DNA of 64,000 nt from assembly GCA_015680685.1 (NCBI GenBank), contig MNCI01000286.1:220659-284658 (forward strand), read 5' to 3'. Shown here in pieces: positions 12,781 through 26,860 of the stretch (positions within the stretch are counted from its first letter, which is position 1; every line of letters begins with the position of its first letter). This DNA comes from Gnetum montanum (lineage: Eukaryota > Plantae > Gnetophyta). Position numbers and translations under genes: made by a program. The notes beneath the pieces were generated by a model that was given only the letters and a program-made list of their open reading frames with translations, made no database searches and had not been told where the DNA came from.

Positions 12781-12908
12781 CTCATTGGTCATCGTGGTTG
12801 TTGGAAAATTCCCGAATTGACATGACTCAACTTTTGATATTAAACTCATTGGTCATCGTGGTTGTTGGAAAATTCCCGAATTGACATGACTCAACTTTTG
12901 ATATTAAA
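12781..12908. repeat. Perfect 64-bp tandem duplication
   Basis: ctcattggtcatcgtggttgttggaaaattcccgaattgacatgactcaacttttgatattaaa at 12781-12844 and 12845-12908. Confidence 0.9.
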
Positions 12909-14749
12909 AAAAAAATTTGAAATATTTACACAATGCAGTTGCTGTGGGGAATAATAGAGGTAAAAGGCATCTTCCAAGCACAGATTTCAATCATTTTATC
13001 CACTTGAAGCAACAAGGTATCATTGTTACGTCAAAAGTTAACCAAGCAACAAGGTATCCATAACAAAACAAAATAATCTATAACAAAGGGTTAGATATAA
13101 AAGTAACGAAGCAATAAGATATCATAGTCTTGTTTTAAAACATATGGTATCATGCACGTGTACACTTGAAAAAAAATCTTTTAAAGTTGAGGGTATATGG
13201 GGCTCACCCTCGATAGTTAAGTTGAGCCTTTTTTATTGTTGGCCCCAAAATTATCTTGAACAAAATGCTTATTCTTGTTTGTGACTTTGAATGGCAGTAA
13301 CTTAATTTCAACACTTTCACAACAAGACTTCCGATTATAATTTTAATTATCATGATTCTTTTATAAAAAATTTTAGAAATACATGTAAGATTCAGATTTA
13401 TGTAGATTACAATTCTTAGCCTTCCAAGCTTTTACAATTCCGAATCTTATGAAGCAAGTGGCATACAAGCTCCATTGAAACCTAACTTAGAACTTATTTG
13501 TTGGGGATTCGCGAATCCCATAAAATTTTTACTAATGGGTTTCGGGAACATAAACAGAAGCGTGTGTAAGATTCTTTGTGGAAACTTTTAATTTAATTTA
13601 AATTAAAAAAAAATTTAATAAAAGTAAAATGTGTAAAAAACTAAAAAATGTCCCCATTTGATGCATACCTTAGGACCCTTTGTCATGCAGTTATCATCAA
13701 ACCACATTACCACCACGTGGGCAACCCACCTCACCTGGGAAAGAGGTAGACTCTCAAAGTAAGAGAGGTAAGATGTAGTGAGTTCTCCATGAGATGTAGG
13801 CTTATGACTCTACTATGCTGCACCATTAGGCATTGGTGTTGCTTTAATATTCTGAATCAGGCAATGGCCTTCAAAGCAAATTTACTAGGAAATGATCTCG
13901 GGTGCAAGCTTTGAAAATTGTGAGTTTTTATCCAACCATTGCCATGCTGCTTTGTCAGCCATAAAAAAAAGGAAAAAACAAAAACAAAACAAAAAAGATA
14001 AACCATTAATTCATGCACACCCTATCTAATGAGTGCTTTTGTCCGTCTAACAATGATCCCAATCTAGCTGCTTTACCTTTACATGATTTTAGTTAGTAGC
14101 TATCAAATAAGTACCCTACCATGCCATATCAATGTCCTCCATCAAAGAATGAATCTAGACTAGATAGGTAAGTGCTATCCTCCAAATTTGATTAGAAGGG
14201 GAATAAAATTCTATTAAGAGTAGAAGTATGCAATTAGAAATAATTAAAATATAGAGACACTCCAAGGTATATAGTTTAATTAGAACTTTATAACTCAATA
14301 TTGCTTACTAGAATTGAACCTATAACTCGGAGCTTCCAAATAAAGAGTTTTACCATGATGATAACACCTCATAAAAGGAATACAACATATCCATTCAATA
14401 ACAAAGAAGCTTAAAAAATAACAATGAAAAGGAAAAACCCAGTGGTTTTTGAAATGCCCTTGAAAGTTTTCATCTTTACAACTAATCTTAGAAAACCCTC
14501 TAGATCTATTCAATAGTAGAAATATGCATTTTATGAGTTTTAAAAACATCATTAAGAAAATTACTAAGTGTTTTTGGTAACATTTAAAACAAATCAACCA
14601 AATTTGTAATTGCAATATTCCATCTATGTCTAATATGCTCCAATGCAAGAGTGCAAGAAAATGTGATAATCATCTTTAATGCTATTTGTATTGCATAGTC
14701 GGTATCCCCTTGCACATATAACATGGAACATGTAGGTACCTACACTAGT

Positions 14750-16030
14750 TACTCCTCATTTCTGATGGCATGCTTTCCCTAAGCATGTGTTGCATGTCTT
14801 GCTAACTCTTAAGAGTAAGCTTCATGGCTAGAGTCATATGCTCTAGAAAGTCTAGCAATAATAATTAGATCATCATAGTCCCTGTCATCATCACTTAGAC
14901 CGTTGAAGAGTCCCCATAGCCTCAATGTCTGATAGAGTCTCATTAGGGATGGAAGGAAAGTTGGCCAAGTTGAATTGCCTCTCCAAGCAATTTTGATGCT
15001 TGGACACTTATGAGATGTTCCTTTTAATCTTCCTAATTACCTTAGCAATAGAGCAAAGTGCCTTCTTATGGATGAGTTCCCTTGTACCCCGATTGATTTA
15101 GAGCAAGGAAGTTCCCAATGAAAATGTCTGAGAAGGTGTAACCCAAGAGGTAGAGGGTCCTACAAGATCAACATGTAGAGCATCCCTCTTCTTAGAATAC
15201 TTGGCCATGCTCCTCTTGCCTTTGATGGTGGGCTTATTAGATATGGACACATGAACCCAATGAATGATCAAGTTGATTAGAAAAGGATGCCCATAGGTTC
15301 TTCCACAAGAGAACATGCAAAGCATATCACAACACAAAATATAGCCAAAATCAATATTTTGCCCTATTAAGAAGCAATAAATAATGAAAGCCTACAATGG
15401 GAGAAGCTAATCATAACTACCACCACAAATGATAACAATATACAGTACAAACAATGAGAAAGTGGAGGCATCTTTAGACATCTTGGTCCTAAAGACCTTG
15501 TGACTGCTCAATGAGATTGATTGGTCAAATAGAACATTACAAAATTCATTGAGCATCATGAGAATAATATCATTATTAAAAATATCCTCAAAATAATTCA
15601 ACAACAAGTGAAAAACCTCATCATTTTGAATATCCAACAAATCATTTATAGCAGAAGAAGGAACATGAATTAGTATTCCACCCACCATAGTGGAGAAGGC
15701 TTGAGTATCACTATGAGTGATTATGATGTTGCAAAAGAATTCTCTAATCATAACTTTTTGTAATTCAAGGCTCAAAGAAATGAAAGTCAGCTAGTTGATG
15801 GTTTTAAAATACTCAAGTAACCAACCTTATTTCTTCTTACGAAAGCCAAGACTCCACTCATAGATGATGGAGACTCTCTTGCAGTTGTTGTATCACTACT
15901 TAGCACTAGTGGATTTGAATTGAGACTTGTATCGATGTTCTTTCACTTTAGATTATCTAGATTGTCTTTTGAACTACAACACTTAAAAGGACTGACAATG
16001 GGAAGTACCTTCCTTCATGCGTGTCATGGA
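14750..16030 (-). pseudogene. Extra 3' (env-like) ORF of the copia element, degraded
   Basis: MIREFFCNI...TMVGGILIHVPSSAINDLLDI and YGHPFLINLII resemble the VREFYAN / VRG..I....IN.LL / LPFP.LIT motifs of plant retroelement extra ORFs. Located downstream of RNase H. Confidence 0.65.
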
Positions 16031-16191
16031 TCTTGTTGATCTTCAACCAAAGATATTTGCAAGCTACCTTTAGTATAGATGTTAAGGATACTTCTCAATT
16101 GTAGTTGTTTATACCCAAAATGAGATGTTAAATGGATGTAATGGACTATCAGACTTTATGTACTAGCATCTTTGGGTTTTAATTTTAACAT

Positions 16192-19097
16192 GGATTAGAC
16201 ATACTTTGATTAGAATAAACATCTTTTTTGAGACTAACGAATTGTAGAGTAGACATCTTTTCCAAAACTAGAAAAAATTAGAGTAGATATCTATTCTTCA
16301 AAATAAATGTCTAATGAAGGTGGTAGATGTATTTCCAACTTAGAGAAAATGTAGAAGATGTCTAACAAAGAGGGTGGATGAATTGTAAGCTTGAATAGAT
16401 GGCTTGAGGGTTCTAGGGTGAAGGGATGAGGCTCTTGAGGATGGAATATTCATGAAAGTAAGAATACTTCATTTTTTAATTTTGTGATTAAGAGAAAATT
16501 AACTACTTCTAACCAAAGCTAATTTAAGCTATTCTAACCTAATCTACTGAGGAGAGTTGTGCAACATACCTTACTTACCTAATAAGACAAGGTTTGATCT
16601 CCATGTCTTTGCATAACATTTTGAGTCTCCTCTCATCAAGTAGTTTGGTGAAGACATTAGCTAGTTAAGTTTTAGTCCTGATGTATTTCAGATAAATGCT
16701 TCCAAGTGGGCATATTTTCTAATGAAGTGATGCCTAATTTCTATGTGCTTTGTCCTTAAATGTTGCATGGGATTCTAAATCATGTTAATGGTACTATTGT
16801 TGTTACAACAAATGGATACGTGAGGTGCTTGAATTCCAAGGTCCTTTAGGGTTTCTCTCATCCATAGGATTTAGGCACAACAACTTCTAGCTAAGATGTA
16901 TTTAGCTTTAGCCATTGAAAGGGTTGTGGAGTTTTGCTTTTTATTACCCCATGAGACTAGATACCTCCAAGGAAGAAGCAAATTCCACTCGTTCTTATAT
17001 GATTATTAATGCAGCTTGTCCAATATGTATAATAATACCCAACTAGATCAAATGTTTAGTCTTTTAGATACTGAAGTCCCCAATCAATAATACCTCTTAC
17101 ATAATGAAAAATTTTCCTCATAGCTTTTAAGTGAGATTTCTTTGAATTATATGTCTTTTGAGTAGAATAAATGTCTTTTCTAAGATTAGAAAAGTATAGA
17201 GTAGACATATTTTTCAAAGAATGAATGTATTTTCCAAAATTGAAAAGAATTAGAGAAGGCATCTATTCTTTAGAATAAATGTCTAATAGAGGTGGTAGAT
17301 GTCTTTTTGACTTAGGAAAAATGCACAAGATGTCTAACAAAGAGGGTGGATGACTTGTAAGCCTAAATAGATGGCTTGAGGCTTCTAGGATATAGGGATG
17401 AGGATCTTAAGGATGGAGTATTCATGGGAGCAAGAATACTTCATTTTTTAGCTACTATGATTAAGAGAAAATGAGCTACTTCTAAACAAAACCAATTTGA
17501 GGTATTCTAACTTAACCTATTGAGGAGAGTTATCTAACATACCTTACTTACTTGATAAGACAAGGTTTGATCCCCATGCCTTTGCATAACATGTTGAATC
17601 TCCTCTCATCAAGTTGTTTGGTGAAGACAATGGCTAGTTAAAATTTAGTCTTGATATATTTCAAATGAATGCTTCTAAGCTAGACATGTTCTCTAATGAA
17701 GTAATGCCTTATTTCTATGTGCTTTATCCTTGAATGTTGAATGGGATTCTAAATCATGTTGATGACACTACTATTATTACAATAAATGGGTACGTGAGAT
17801 GCTTTAATTCCAAGGTCCTTTAGGGTTTGTTTCATCTATAGAATTTGGGCACAATAGCTTCTAGTTGAGATGTATTTAGACTTAGCAATTGAAAGGATTG
17901 TGGAGTTTTTCTTTTACTACTCCATGAGACTAGACACCTCCCAAGAAAGAAGTAGCTTCCACTCATACTTCTACTTTCATTAATGCATCTTGTCCAATTT
18001 GCATCATAATACCCAACTAGATCAAGTGTTGAGTCCTTTGGATACCAAAATCCCCCATCAATAGTACCTCTTAAATAATGAATTTTTTTTTTCACATCTT
18101 TTAAGTGAGATTTCTTTGGATTAGATGTCTTTTAATTAGAATAAACATCTTTTTTAAGACTAGAGAAGTGTAGAGTAGACATCTTTTTCAAAGAATGAGC
18201 ATCTTTTCCAAGACTGGAAAAAATTAGAGTAGACATCTATTCTTCAAAATAAACGTCTAATGGTGATGGTAGATGTCTTTCAGACTTAGAAAAAATGTCA
18301 AAGAAGTTTGACAAAGAGGGTGGATGACTTTTAAGCATGAATAGATGGCTTGAGGCTTCTAGGACAAAGGGATGAGGATCTTGAGAATAGAGTATTCATG
18401 GAAATAAGAATAATTCATTCTTTAGGTACTATGATTGAGAGAAAATGAGCTACTTCTAACCAAACCTAATTTAAGCTATTGTAATCTAACCTATTGAGGA
18501 GAATTGTGTAACATACCTTACTTACCTAATAAGACAAGGTTTGATTCACATGTCTTTGCACAACATGTTGAATCTCCTCTCATCAAGCAGTTTGGTAAAG
18601 ACATTAGCTAGTTAAGTTTTAGTTCTAATATGTTTCAGATGAATGCTTCCAAGTTGGACATGTTCTCTAGTGAAGTGAGGCCTTATTTCTATGTGCTTTA
18701 TTCTTGAATGTTGAATGTGATTCTAAATCATGTCGATGACATTGCTATTGTTATAGTAAATGGGTATTTGAGATGCTTGAATTCCAAGGTCCTTTAGGGT
18801 TTTTCTCATCCATAGGATTTGGGGATAACAACTTCTGGCTGAGATGTATTTAGCTTTAGCCATTGAAAGGATTGTGAAGTTTTGCTTTTTGCTACTCCAT
18901 GAGACTAGAAACCTCCCAAGGAAGAAGAAGCTTCCACTCATACTTCTACTGTTGTTAATGCATCTTGTCTATTTTGCATTATAATATCCAACTAGATCAA
19001 GTGTTAAGTCCTTTGGATACCAAAGTCTCCTATTAATAATACCTCTTAAATGATGAAAAATTTTCTTCATAGCTTTTAAAGGAGATTCCTTTAGATT
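16192..19097 (-). repeat. Tandem triplication (~970-bp unit) of copia RT end + RNase H + downstream repeats
   Basis: Three diverged copies (~16192-17149, ~17145-18122, ~18118-19097). Each encodes YLRGT...YPKD...LVSWSSKKQ...KHIEIRH and carries the same agacatct-rich block. Confidence 0.9.
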
Positions 19098-22000
19098 ACT
19101 TTGGTAATGTGCACATATACCAATACTTAATGCAATATCAACCCTAGTAGCTATGAACTAAAGTAAACTTCCAGTCATACCTTGGTAGACCTTTGGATCT
19201 ATTCCCTTACCATTTTTATTCTTGCTTAATTTTACATTAAATATGATAGAAGTTATCTTAGGCTTGACTTTAGCTAGATTGAATTTCTTTAGGAGGTTTG
19301 TTATGTACTTTGATTGACATACAAATGTTTCTTCTTTGGTTTATTTGACTTGAAGCCCTAGAAAATAGTTCATTTATTCCACCATGTTCATCTTGAACTT
19401 TCTTTGCATAAGATTATTTTAAATAGGGCAACATCTGCTCCTTGTCTTCTAACGCCATTATTCAAGAGGTTTTGGGATAACCTTTCATACCAAGCCCTTG
19501 GAGCTTATTTGAGTTATAGAGAGCCTTTTTGAGATGATAAACATGATTAAGATTTGTTGGATCAATGAATCCTTTAGATTGTTTAACATATACCTCCTTC
19601 TTATATGGTTCCATTTAAAAATGTACTTTTAACATCCATTTGATGTAGCCTATTTTCTTTGTTACATGCATAGGCTAGCAAAAATCTTATTAATTTCAAC
19701 CAAACAACTAGTGCATATGTTTCATCAAATTCAATGCTTTCCTATTGATTATATCCTTTGATAATAAGACATGCCTTGTTCTTAATCGTCACTCTAGCTT
19801 CATTAGTTTTTTTTTTTGAAATACTCATTTTTTTTTGATAATGGACTTGTTACTAGGTTTGGAAACAAGTTTCCACACATCATTTTTCACAAATTAGTTT
19901 AATTGCTCCTACATAGTCATGATCCATCCTTCATTTTGTTTAGCATTTTTAACATTCTTTGGTTCAATTTGTGAAATGTATGCTACATAGACACATAGTT
20001 TTCTTACTTTACTTCTTGTTACTACTTTCTTATTGAGTTTGTCAATGACATTACTAATGAAGTTTGATTTTCTTAATCTAGGCATCTCAGTGGATTATTC
20101 ATCTTCTTGTTCTTTGTCTTGCTCATCATCTTGTTTACTTTCTAATTCATCCTTGGATGTAACATGGGATGGTTATGTTTTTCTTCTTATCACAACCTCT
20201 TCATCTTTTACATGCACATTGAAGTGCATACTGTTAGTATCATCCACTTTAATATTTATGAATTCCTCTATAGTTAGAATTCATTGGTTGAAGACTATAT
20301 ATGCCTTGCTTAGTTTGAGTAACCTAAGAATATACCTTCATTGGCCTTAAGTTCAAATTTTCATATAGAATCTCTTTTATTCAAGATAAAGCATTTAGCT
20401 TCAACTACAAGAACATAACTTACCAATGATTTCTTACCAAACCAAAGTTTGTAGGGAGTTTTAGTTGCAAACATTCTTTCCAAAACTTAGGTGGATACAT
20501 TACATACTATGTTGATGGTTTTACCTAAAAAATGATATGGAGTGTTTTCATTATTTAGCATGATTCTAGTAATCTCATTTATTTAATGAATCTTTCATTT
20601 AACTACTTCATTTTTTGTAGTGTCATTGGGGCTGAGAATTCGTGGTATATCCCATGAGTATTACAATAATCCCTTAATTTAGCATTTTCAAATTTATCAC
20701 CATGATCACTTTTGATAATTTTGATGACATAGCCTATTTCATTCTATAGCTTATTTCTAATTTTTAAAAGTAGTCAAATGATTTATCTTTATGAGTTAGG
20801 AAAGTAACCCATGTAAATTAAGAAAATTCATCTATAATAGTAAGTTAATATCTTTATCCCCAAAAACTTAGTGTTTGTAAGAATCCTACCAAATCCAAAT
20901 GAAGTAAGTCCAATGACAAAATCCAAATGAAGTAGGTCCAATGAACTCAAGATTAATCTGTAGTTTTTCTTACCAAACCTTACCCTTATTTACTTCCATT
21001 TTTGACATGCATCACAAATGTTCATTTTGAAAATTTTTAGTTTTGGCAAGACATGTATCATATCCTTTGATAAGAGGATTCTTAGGATGTCCATGTTTAC
21101 ATGCCCCAATATTCTATGTCATATATTTGTGTTACTTGCATTACTCATCAAACACTTTGTTCCATGATTAGTAGCATTTAATAATGAATTGATGAATACA
21201 TTTGATTTTCTATAATCATCTACTAAAATTTTAATAGTATTGGAGTCTTTTACATGATAGGAGTTCATTGAGAATATCACTTCATAATTTAAATCTAAAA
21301 GCTGACTCATAATTAACAAATTATGCTTTAGACCTTCAACATAAAATACATCCTTTAGCTGTGTCAAGTTCTTATCTTTGGTTTCTATTTCTTTGATGGA
21401 TGTTTCTATGTCATTTCCAAATGTCACACTATCATATTTTTGCTCAATAAAATGTGTAAATTGAGATCTATCACCTGTCATGTGTTGTGAACAATCACTA
21501 TCAATGTACCAGGTTGGCCTTTTTACAACATATAAAACAACTTTGACAAGCATTCCCTTGTTGTGCTTCTTCACTTTATGTCTCCATACCTTTTTAACCT
21601 ACATGGTGTCCTTTCTTGGGGACTTTTGGAAAGATCTTGTAGTTCCATATAAATGCTTTAACCATAAGTAACAATAATATGACATATGACCAAACCTACC
21701 ATAATGATAGCATATTATACTTATGATCTAGGAAAGATGTTCAAACCTAGGTGTCTATCTCCATTTTGGAGAGATGCTTGGTGAGGTGGCCTTTTGAGGA
21801 TAGCTTCCAAGTCCTCTTTTATCATTTGAATCTTTACCTTAACCGAGCATGATGTAAAGCATCTCTTTTTCTTTAGTGAACCTCTTATTAATGTGGTTGA
21901 AATCTTCGAGCTCTTTGTGCAACTACTCATTCAAATGGATTAGCTTTTGATTCTTAGTTTTAAGGTATAAGTTCTTCTTTTCCAAATTGATGCATTTGGC

Positions 22001-22886
22001 TTAAAGTTATTCAAGATCTAATTCCTTAACATGTTGTAATTTATTTATTTTGTAAAGCTTTTGTAAGGACATTAACTCATCACATAATAAGTCATACCTT
22101 TCTTCCAATGTACCTCCATTATCCTCCATATCGCTAGGCTGATTATCTTTTGGGACTTCATTAGCAATGATCATACATAAGAGATGTTATTTCCTTGTAT
22201 TATCATCATTCACTTCTTCTTCACCATTGTGATCATCCTAGCTTAGGTATAAATTTTTCGTTTTCTTCTTTCTTTGTGAAAATCCCTTCTTTGCAACTTG
22301 TTTGAGCTAGAAAATTTGGAGGCCAAATGACCTTGTCCACTACATACCCAAGGTTTTATAGAAGACATATCATTCTTTGATAAACCTTTAAATTGCTTAC
22401 CTTGATCCTTACTTTTTTCATTTTGGTGATTATTATTTTTATTTCTTTGTGCAAGAAGTCATATCACATGCTTGGTGATGGATGCAAGTTCATCTTCATC
22501 ATAGCTCTCCTCATCATTTGATGATTTTGAATTTTCTCTCTAGATTTAGATGAGTCTCTAGTAAAGGTCTTGAATGTAAGAAGCTTTTCCTTGATGGTAC
22601 CTTCACCTATGAGATTCATCTCATAAGAAACGAGAGCACTTTGAAGTTCTTCAAACCTTAAGACATTGAAGTCTTTGATTTCTTCTATAATTGTAACTTT
22701 TGGTTTGAACTCCATTGTGAGAGTTTTAATCATTTTTAGTATAACTTTACTTTCTAGAAGATCTCCACCTATTTCTAGAATGGAAATAATGATATCATTA
22801 ACTCTAGGGATGTAGTCTTTTATTCTTTTTCAATCCTTCATCTTTACATTTTCAAATCCATTTTGAAGGAATAATAACTTGGATTA
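18520..22886 (-). pseudogene. Copia gag(C-term)-pol remnant (PR, INT, RT, RH)
   Basis: ORFs 22464-22733 (FKPKVTIIEE, gag), 21119-21574 (protease; VEGLKHNLL) and 18723-18941 (RNase H). Many stops and frameshifts. Confidence 0.85.
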
Positions 22887-23999
22887 CTTTATGATGGGTG
22901 GCAGGGTACCCCAACACTCTACCATACTAGTCACAAGTGTTCATGGGCAACCAAATTGTAATCTGTGGATGAACAATGTAATTATGCTAGGAGTTGATAG
23001 TAAATTCACAATCATTATCTTCCCACTTTGAGTCAGTAAAGTTTGAGTGTATTTTTTAACTCACAGTGAGACATATGATATGTGACATTCTTAGGCTCAA
23101 ATTACTCTTATTGGCAAACATGATTGAAAGTGAAATTAAAGTCTAAGTATAAGTGATACAGAAATGGAAATCTATTTTAGCCTGGCTTGTCGATCACATC
23201 TTGGGCTCATGTAATTGTTACTGGGATTACCAAGTGGATTTACTATTGAGAAAATCAAGTGAAACCACTACTAGGTTACCAATCAATTACACTTAAATGT
23301 TCAAAACCAGTCATACTCATTTTGCTTAACTAATGAACATGGAAAGTAAAGTACTTTGGAAATGTAAAGTGCTAAGCTAATGTAAACAAGAAAAATCATG
23401 CTCAATAAACAAAATAACTAAGGGAATGCTGCAATGATAAATAATAGTCTCAATCTTTATTATTGATCATGAACCATGTGCAAGTATAATTCACTCAAAT
23501 AAAGACGTTGTACAACTGCTTAACACCACATTGCAAGCATTCACTCTATTGCTAAGATTATGAAATGAAATTGCAAGAGTTTAGCTAAGGGTTGGAAGAA
23601 ATTGTTTTCACTTATGCACCTAAGTTTTAGTATTTATAGGGCTACAGAGCTCCCAAGAAATGACATCAACAATGACATAGCATGAGCTACGATATCGTTA
23701 ATATGATCTCACACTTAATGAAAAATTAATTTTATCATACCCCCATGACTATTTGGAAACTCATCCTTAAGTTAAAAAAAATGAGGATAGAGTCCCTTAC
23801 AAAATTAGAATGTAGACTTAAACTTGACATGACTAACTATATACATGACTTAAGATGAAACATTAGTGTTTTTACAAAATGGACATAGTTGAAATTGACA
23901 AGACAATCAAAACAAAACAAAAATGGAGCAACTTGATGTAGCTTTTAGGTTCCAGGTGGTGGAGGCTCCTCCATTGGTTTCTTCCCTTTATCATTAGGC

Positions 24000-26860
24000 T
24001 TTTGGAATTGTTATCTATTTAAGAGCACCTGAAGCTTTTCATCTTCCATCTTGGGATCATGTATCGTCCATGTAGATTGTGCAATGTTTGATGAAACTGG
24101 TACATCCCATGGGCATGGTAGTTATGGGAACATCTTTTTGGCTTTGACATGTCATGCTGCAAATTATTTTCTTTTCTCTTTGAATACTTTGGCCACCTTT
24201 CTTAACTCTTGATAATCGGTCATCTAGTGTGCCAAATTTGTTGGAACATCTTTATACCCTTGGTAGCTTGCGTTGACAATTTCAAGCTCGGAGTTTGCCA
24301 CATGTAAATTTTGTAGGGCATGCTTTTGATCAATAAACTCTTTTTCGTACATGGCATAAATGATTGCTACTTGTTGCTTGAGCTCATTGCGTGGCTATCC
24401 TACTATTAACATGGCTAGACTAGCTAACCTAATGTACTTTGTTATATCTTTGATCTGTTGGTCTTTGTTCTTTATCTTGGCCTAGTGGACATGGGTGAGG
24501 CTATCTAGGATGGGATGCTAGTCTAGTGTCTATGTAGTGATGGAATTAAATTTTGCCTTTACCATTTGGATTCTTTTCCATTTATTTACTTATACATACC
24601 CACTTGGTCCCTAAAGTATTTCTTAATCTTTTCATGCTTTTTGGCCTTGTTCTGCCATGTGCTTATTTCAATTGTAGAATTTTGGTAGATGACATGTACT
24701 TCTTCCATTGACAAGGTTATATTTTTGCAGGTTAATTTGTTCATATCGTAGTTAACATGAATGAACTATTCTAGCAGTTGATAAATGTTTTCTTTGAGAA
24801 CATTCTTCTACTTCTTAATGTTTATAAACTAGGTGTTGTCTGCAACAAGCTTTTTATTCTCCTCTTCTAGGATAGTGAAAGCTTTTGTGTGTACATATGT
24901 TTGGACTTTAGCTACTGATAAATTTCACATAGCCTTCTCTCCCTCCATTTCCACTTGTATGTTTTAGGAAATTAGTTATCTCACTTGATTAATCCTAAAT
25001 TATTCAAGCTGCTCTAGGGCTATGAATTATGTAGGGCTTCTTATTTTTGATTTCAAAGCTATTAATTTAGCTTGTAGCCTCTACACTTCATTTTTAGTGT
25101 GCTATGCTCTTATTTATGTCATTATTGGCTTTCCTTTTGTGGCTATTAAATCAAACTCAATGCAATGATATCACTAGGAATATCAAAGAGATTCTACTTG
25201 ACTTGGTTCATTTGTAGTAGTCTGTCAAGGACACCTTCATGCTCTATTGATGTCATGGATGTGCTGGCTAGCATTTGAGCATCTTTGGCTTCAGAAATAT
25301 TGGTAAGTGGAACAACCAAAACATTGAAAGACTCTTTGATGCAATCAGTTATTACTTCTACTGCTCTTACTACATCCTGGTGTTGCATGACCATAATTGT
25401 GGCACCTTCACCAATTTTTAACATCACTTGGAAGGATTCAAATTTCCCTAATATCTGCTATGCCCAATCCTCTTCTCATTCTCTTTGAAACGATACCTAC
25501 CCACTAGTAGGTCCTATGGAAATTATATGACTTACTAAGCTGTCTCTTACTTTGTAAAGGGTAGAATCCTCCCTTACACCCTAGCTAATGTTGTCTGCAA
25601 TTTGGCATAGATGGCTCATAGATGAATGATAGTCTTGTGGTGGTAGTGGAGCATGTTGTTCAGGTCTATCACTTGTAGGTGTTGATCCATTGGTTCTTGC
25701 TTGTTGATGTTGATTGGTAGATGGAATGTTACTGGTTGGTGTAGATCCTAACACTCCCTTAGTGCTTGCTAGCTTTTCTAGTTGATCTTTCTTAGGTGGC
25801 ATTGGCTTTAACATTTCTACATAGAATGCATTCTAGTCCTTCCTTAGACCATCATTTGTGAAGCCCAGGGTCCCTGCTTACTTACATAGCTTCTTGATTA
25901 GGAAAATGAATGGTAATGTCTATTCCCTACTTGTTTTCCCCTTAAACCTTCTCTAGATCTCTAGGAAGATCATATGGGTGATTTTGGCATTGAAATTTTC
26001 CATCAAAATTGCACTTTCTCTAGCTATATAGGTAGAAATCCTATTGAGCCTTTTTTTTGGGAACAAATGGTAGGTTCCAATCTTGAAATACATCTTTTCT
26101 TCAATAGTCAGCTCACTATAGTTCTTGTCTTTCTTGCCATAGGCTCTTTATAGCCACAACCTTTTAGCATTGGTGTTAGACCTTGGGGAGATTTGTGCGA
26201 CATTGGCTCTAACATTTGGGATGCTTAGGACTTTAGCAATTACCTCAATAGAGTATAACATGGAGAGTCCTTTAATTTTTACCATTGCATCATCTTACTT
26301 TTTTTTCCAAAATTGATAGACTTCTCCCAAGTATCATTCGACATTACTGGATATGGTTGGCCATAAGGGAGATGCTTAGAGTTGCGTCTTGATAGATTCT
26401 AAAGAAAACTCCATGAATGAACCAAAGTTTAATTCCATAATGATTGTGGACATTACATTTTTTTCCTGGATGACTTGGAGGTAGTTTATAGATAGCATGA
26501 GGCATTGTCCCTATTTTGGTGTTGGCAATGCCTCTACTTCAGCTTGTGTTGACTGTTCAATAGTAGGTGTATGTTGATGAATTTTAAATGATTAAGCCTC
26601 CTACTCTGCATGTTCATCTTGTGGTGTTTGTTCTCCTACTTATCCTCTTTTTTGGCCTCTTAGTCTTTGCTGCTAGGCTATGAGCATCCCTTTGCTGTAA
26701 GTCTCTTTGGAACCATTTGCAATCATTTAGTATTTAAGGTTATCAAGGGATTTCAAATAGGTTACTATCGGTTCATAATCCTTTCCCATACTCTTGGGTT
26801 CATCTAGTTTTTATCATTTTTATCACTTATGGCTCTTATCATGATTGTAGAGTTAGAGAA
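24000..26860 (-). pseudogene. Athila env-like extra ORF with long coiled-coil-like C-terminus, degraded
   Basis: Minus-strand translation includes EVYQFW...VKIKGLSMLYSIEVIAKVLSIPN and TLPFIFLIKKLCK*AG (cf. LPFPSLITRLC). ORF fragments 25581-25814 and 25194-25427. Confidence 0.65.

Noticed and set aside
14150-14700. 3' LTR of the copia element
   Set aside because: Only faint resemblance to 35927-36733; no clear PPT or matching TSD.
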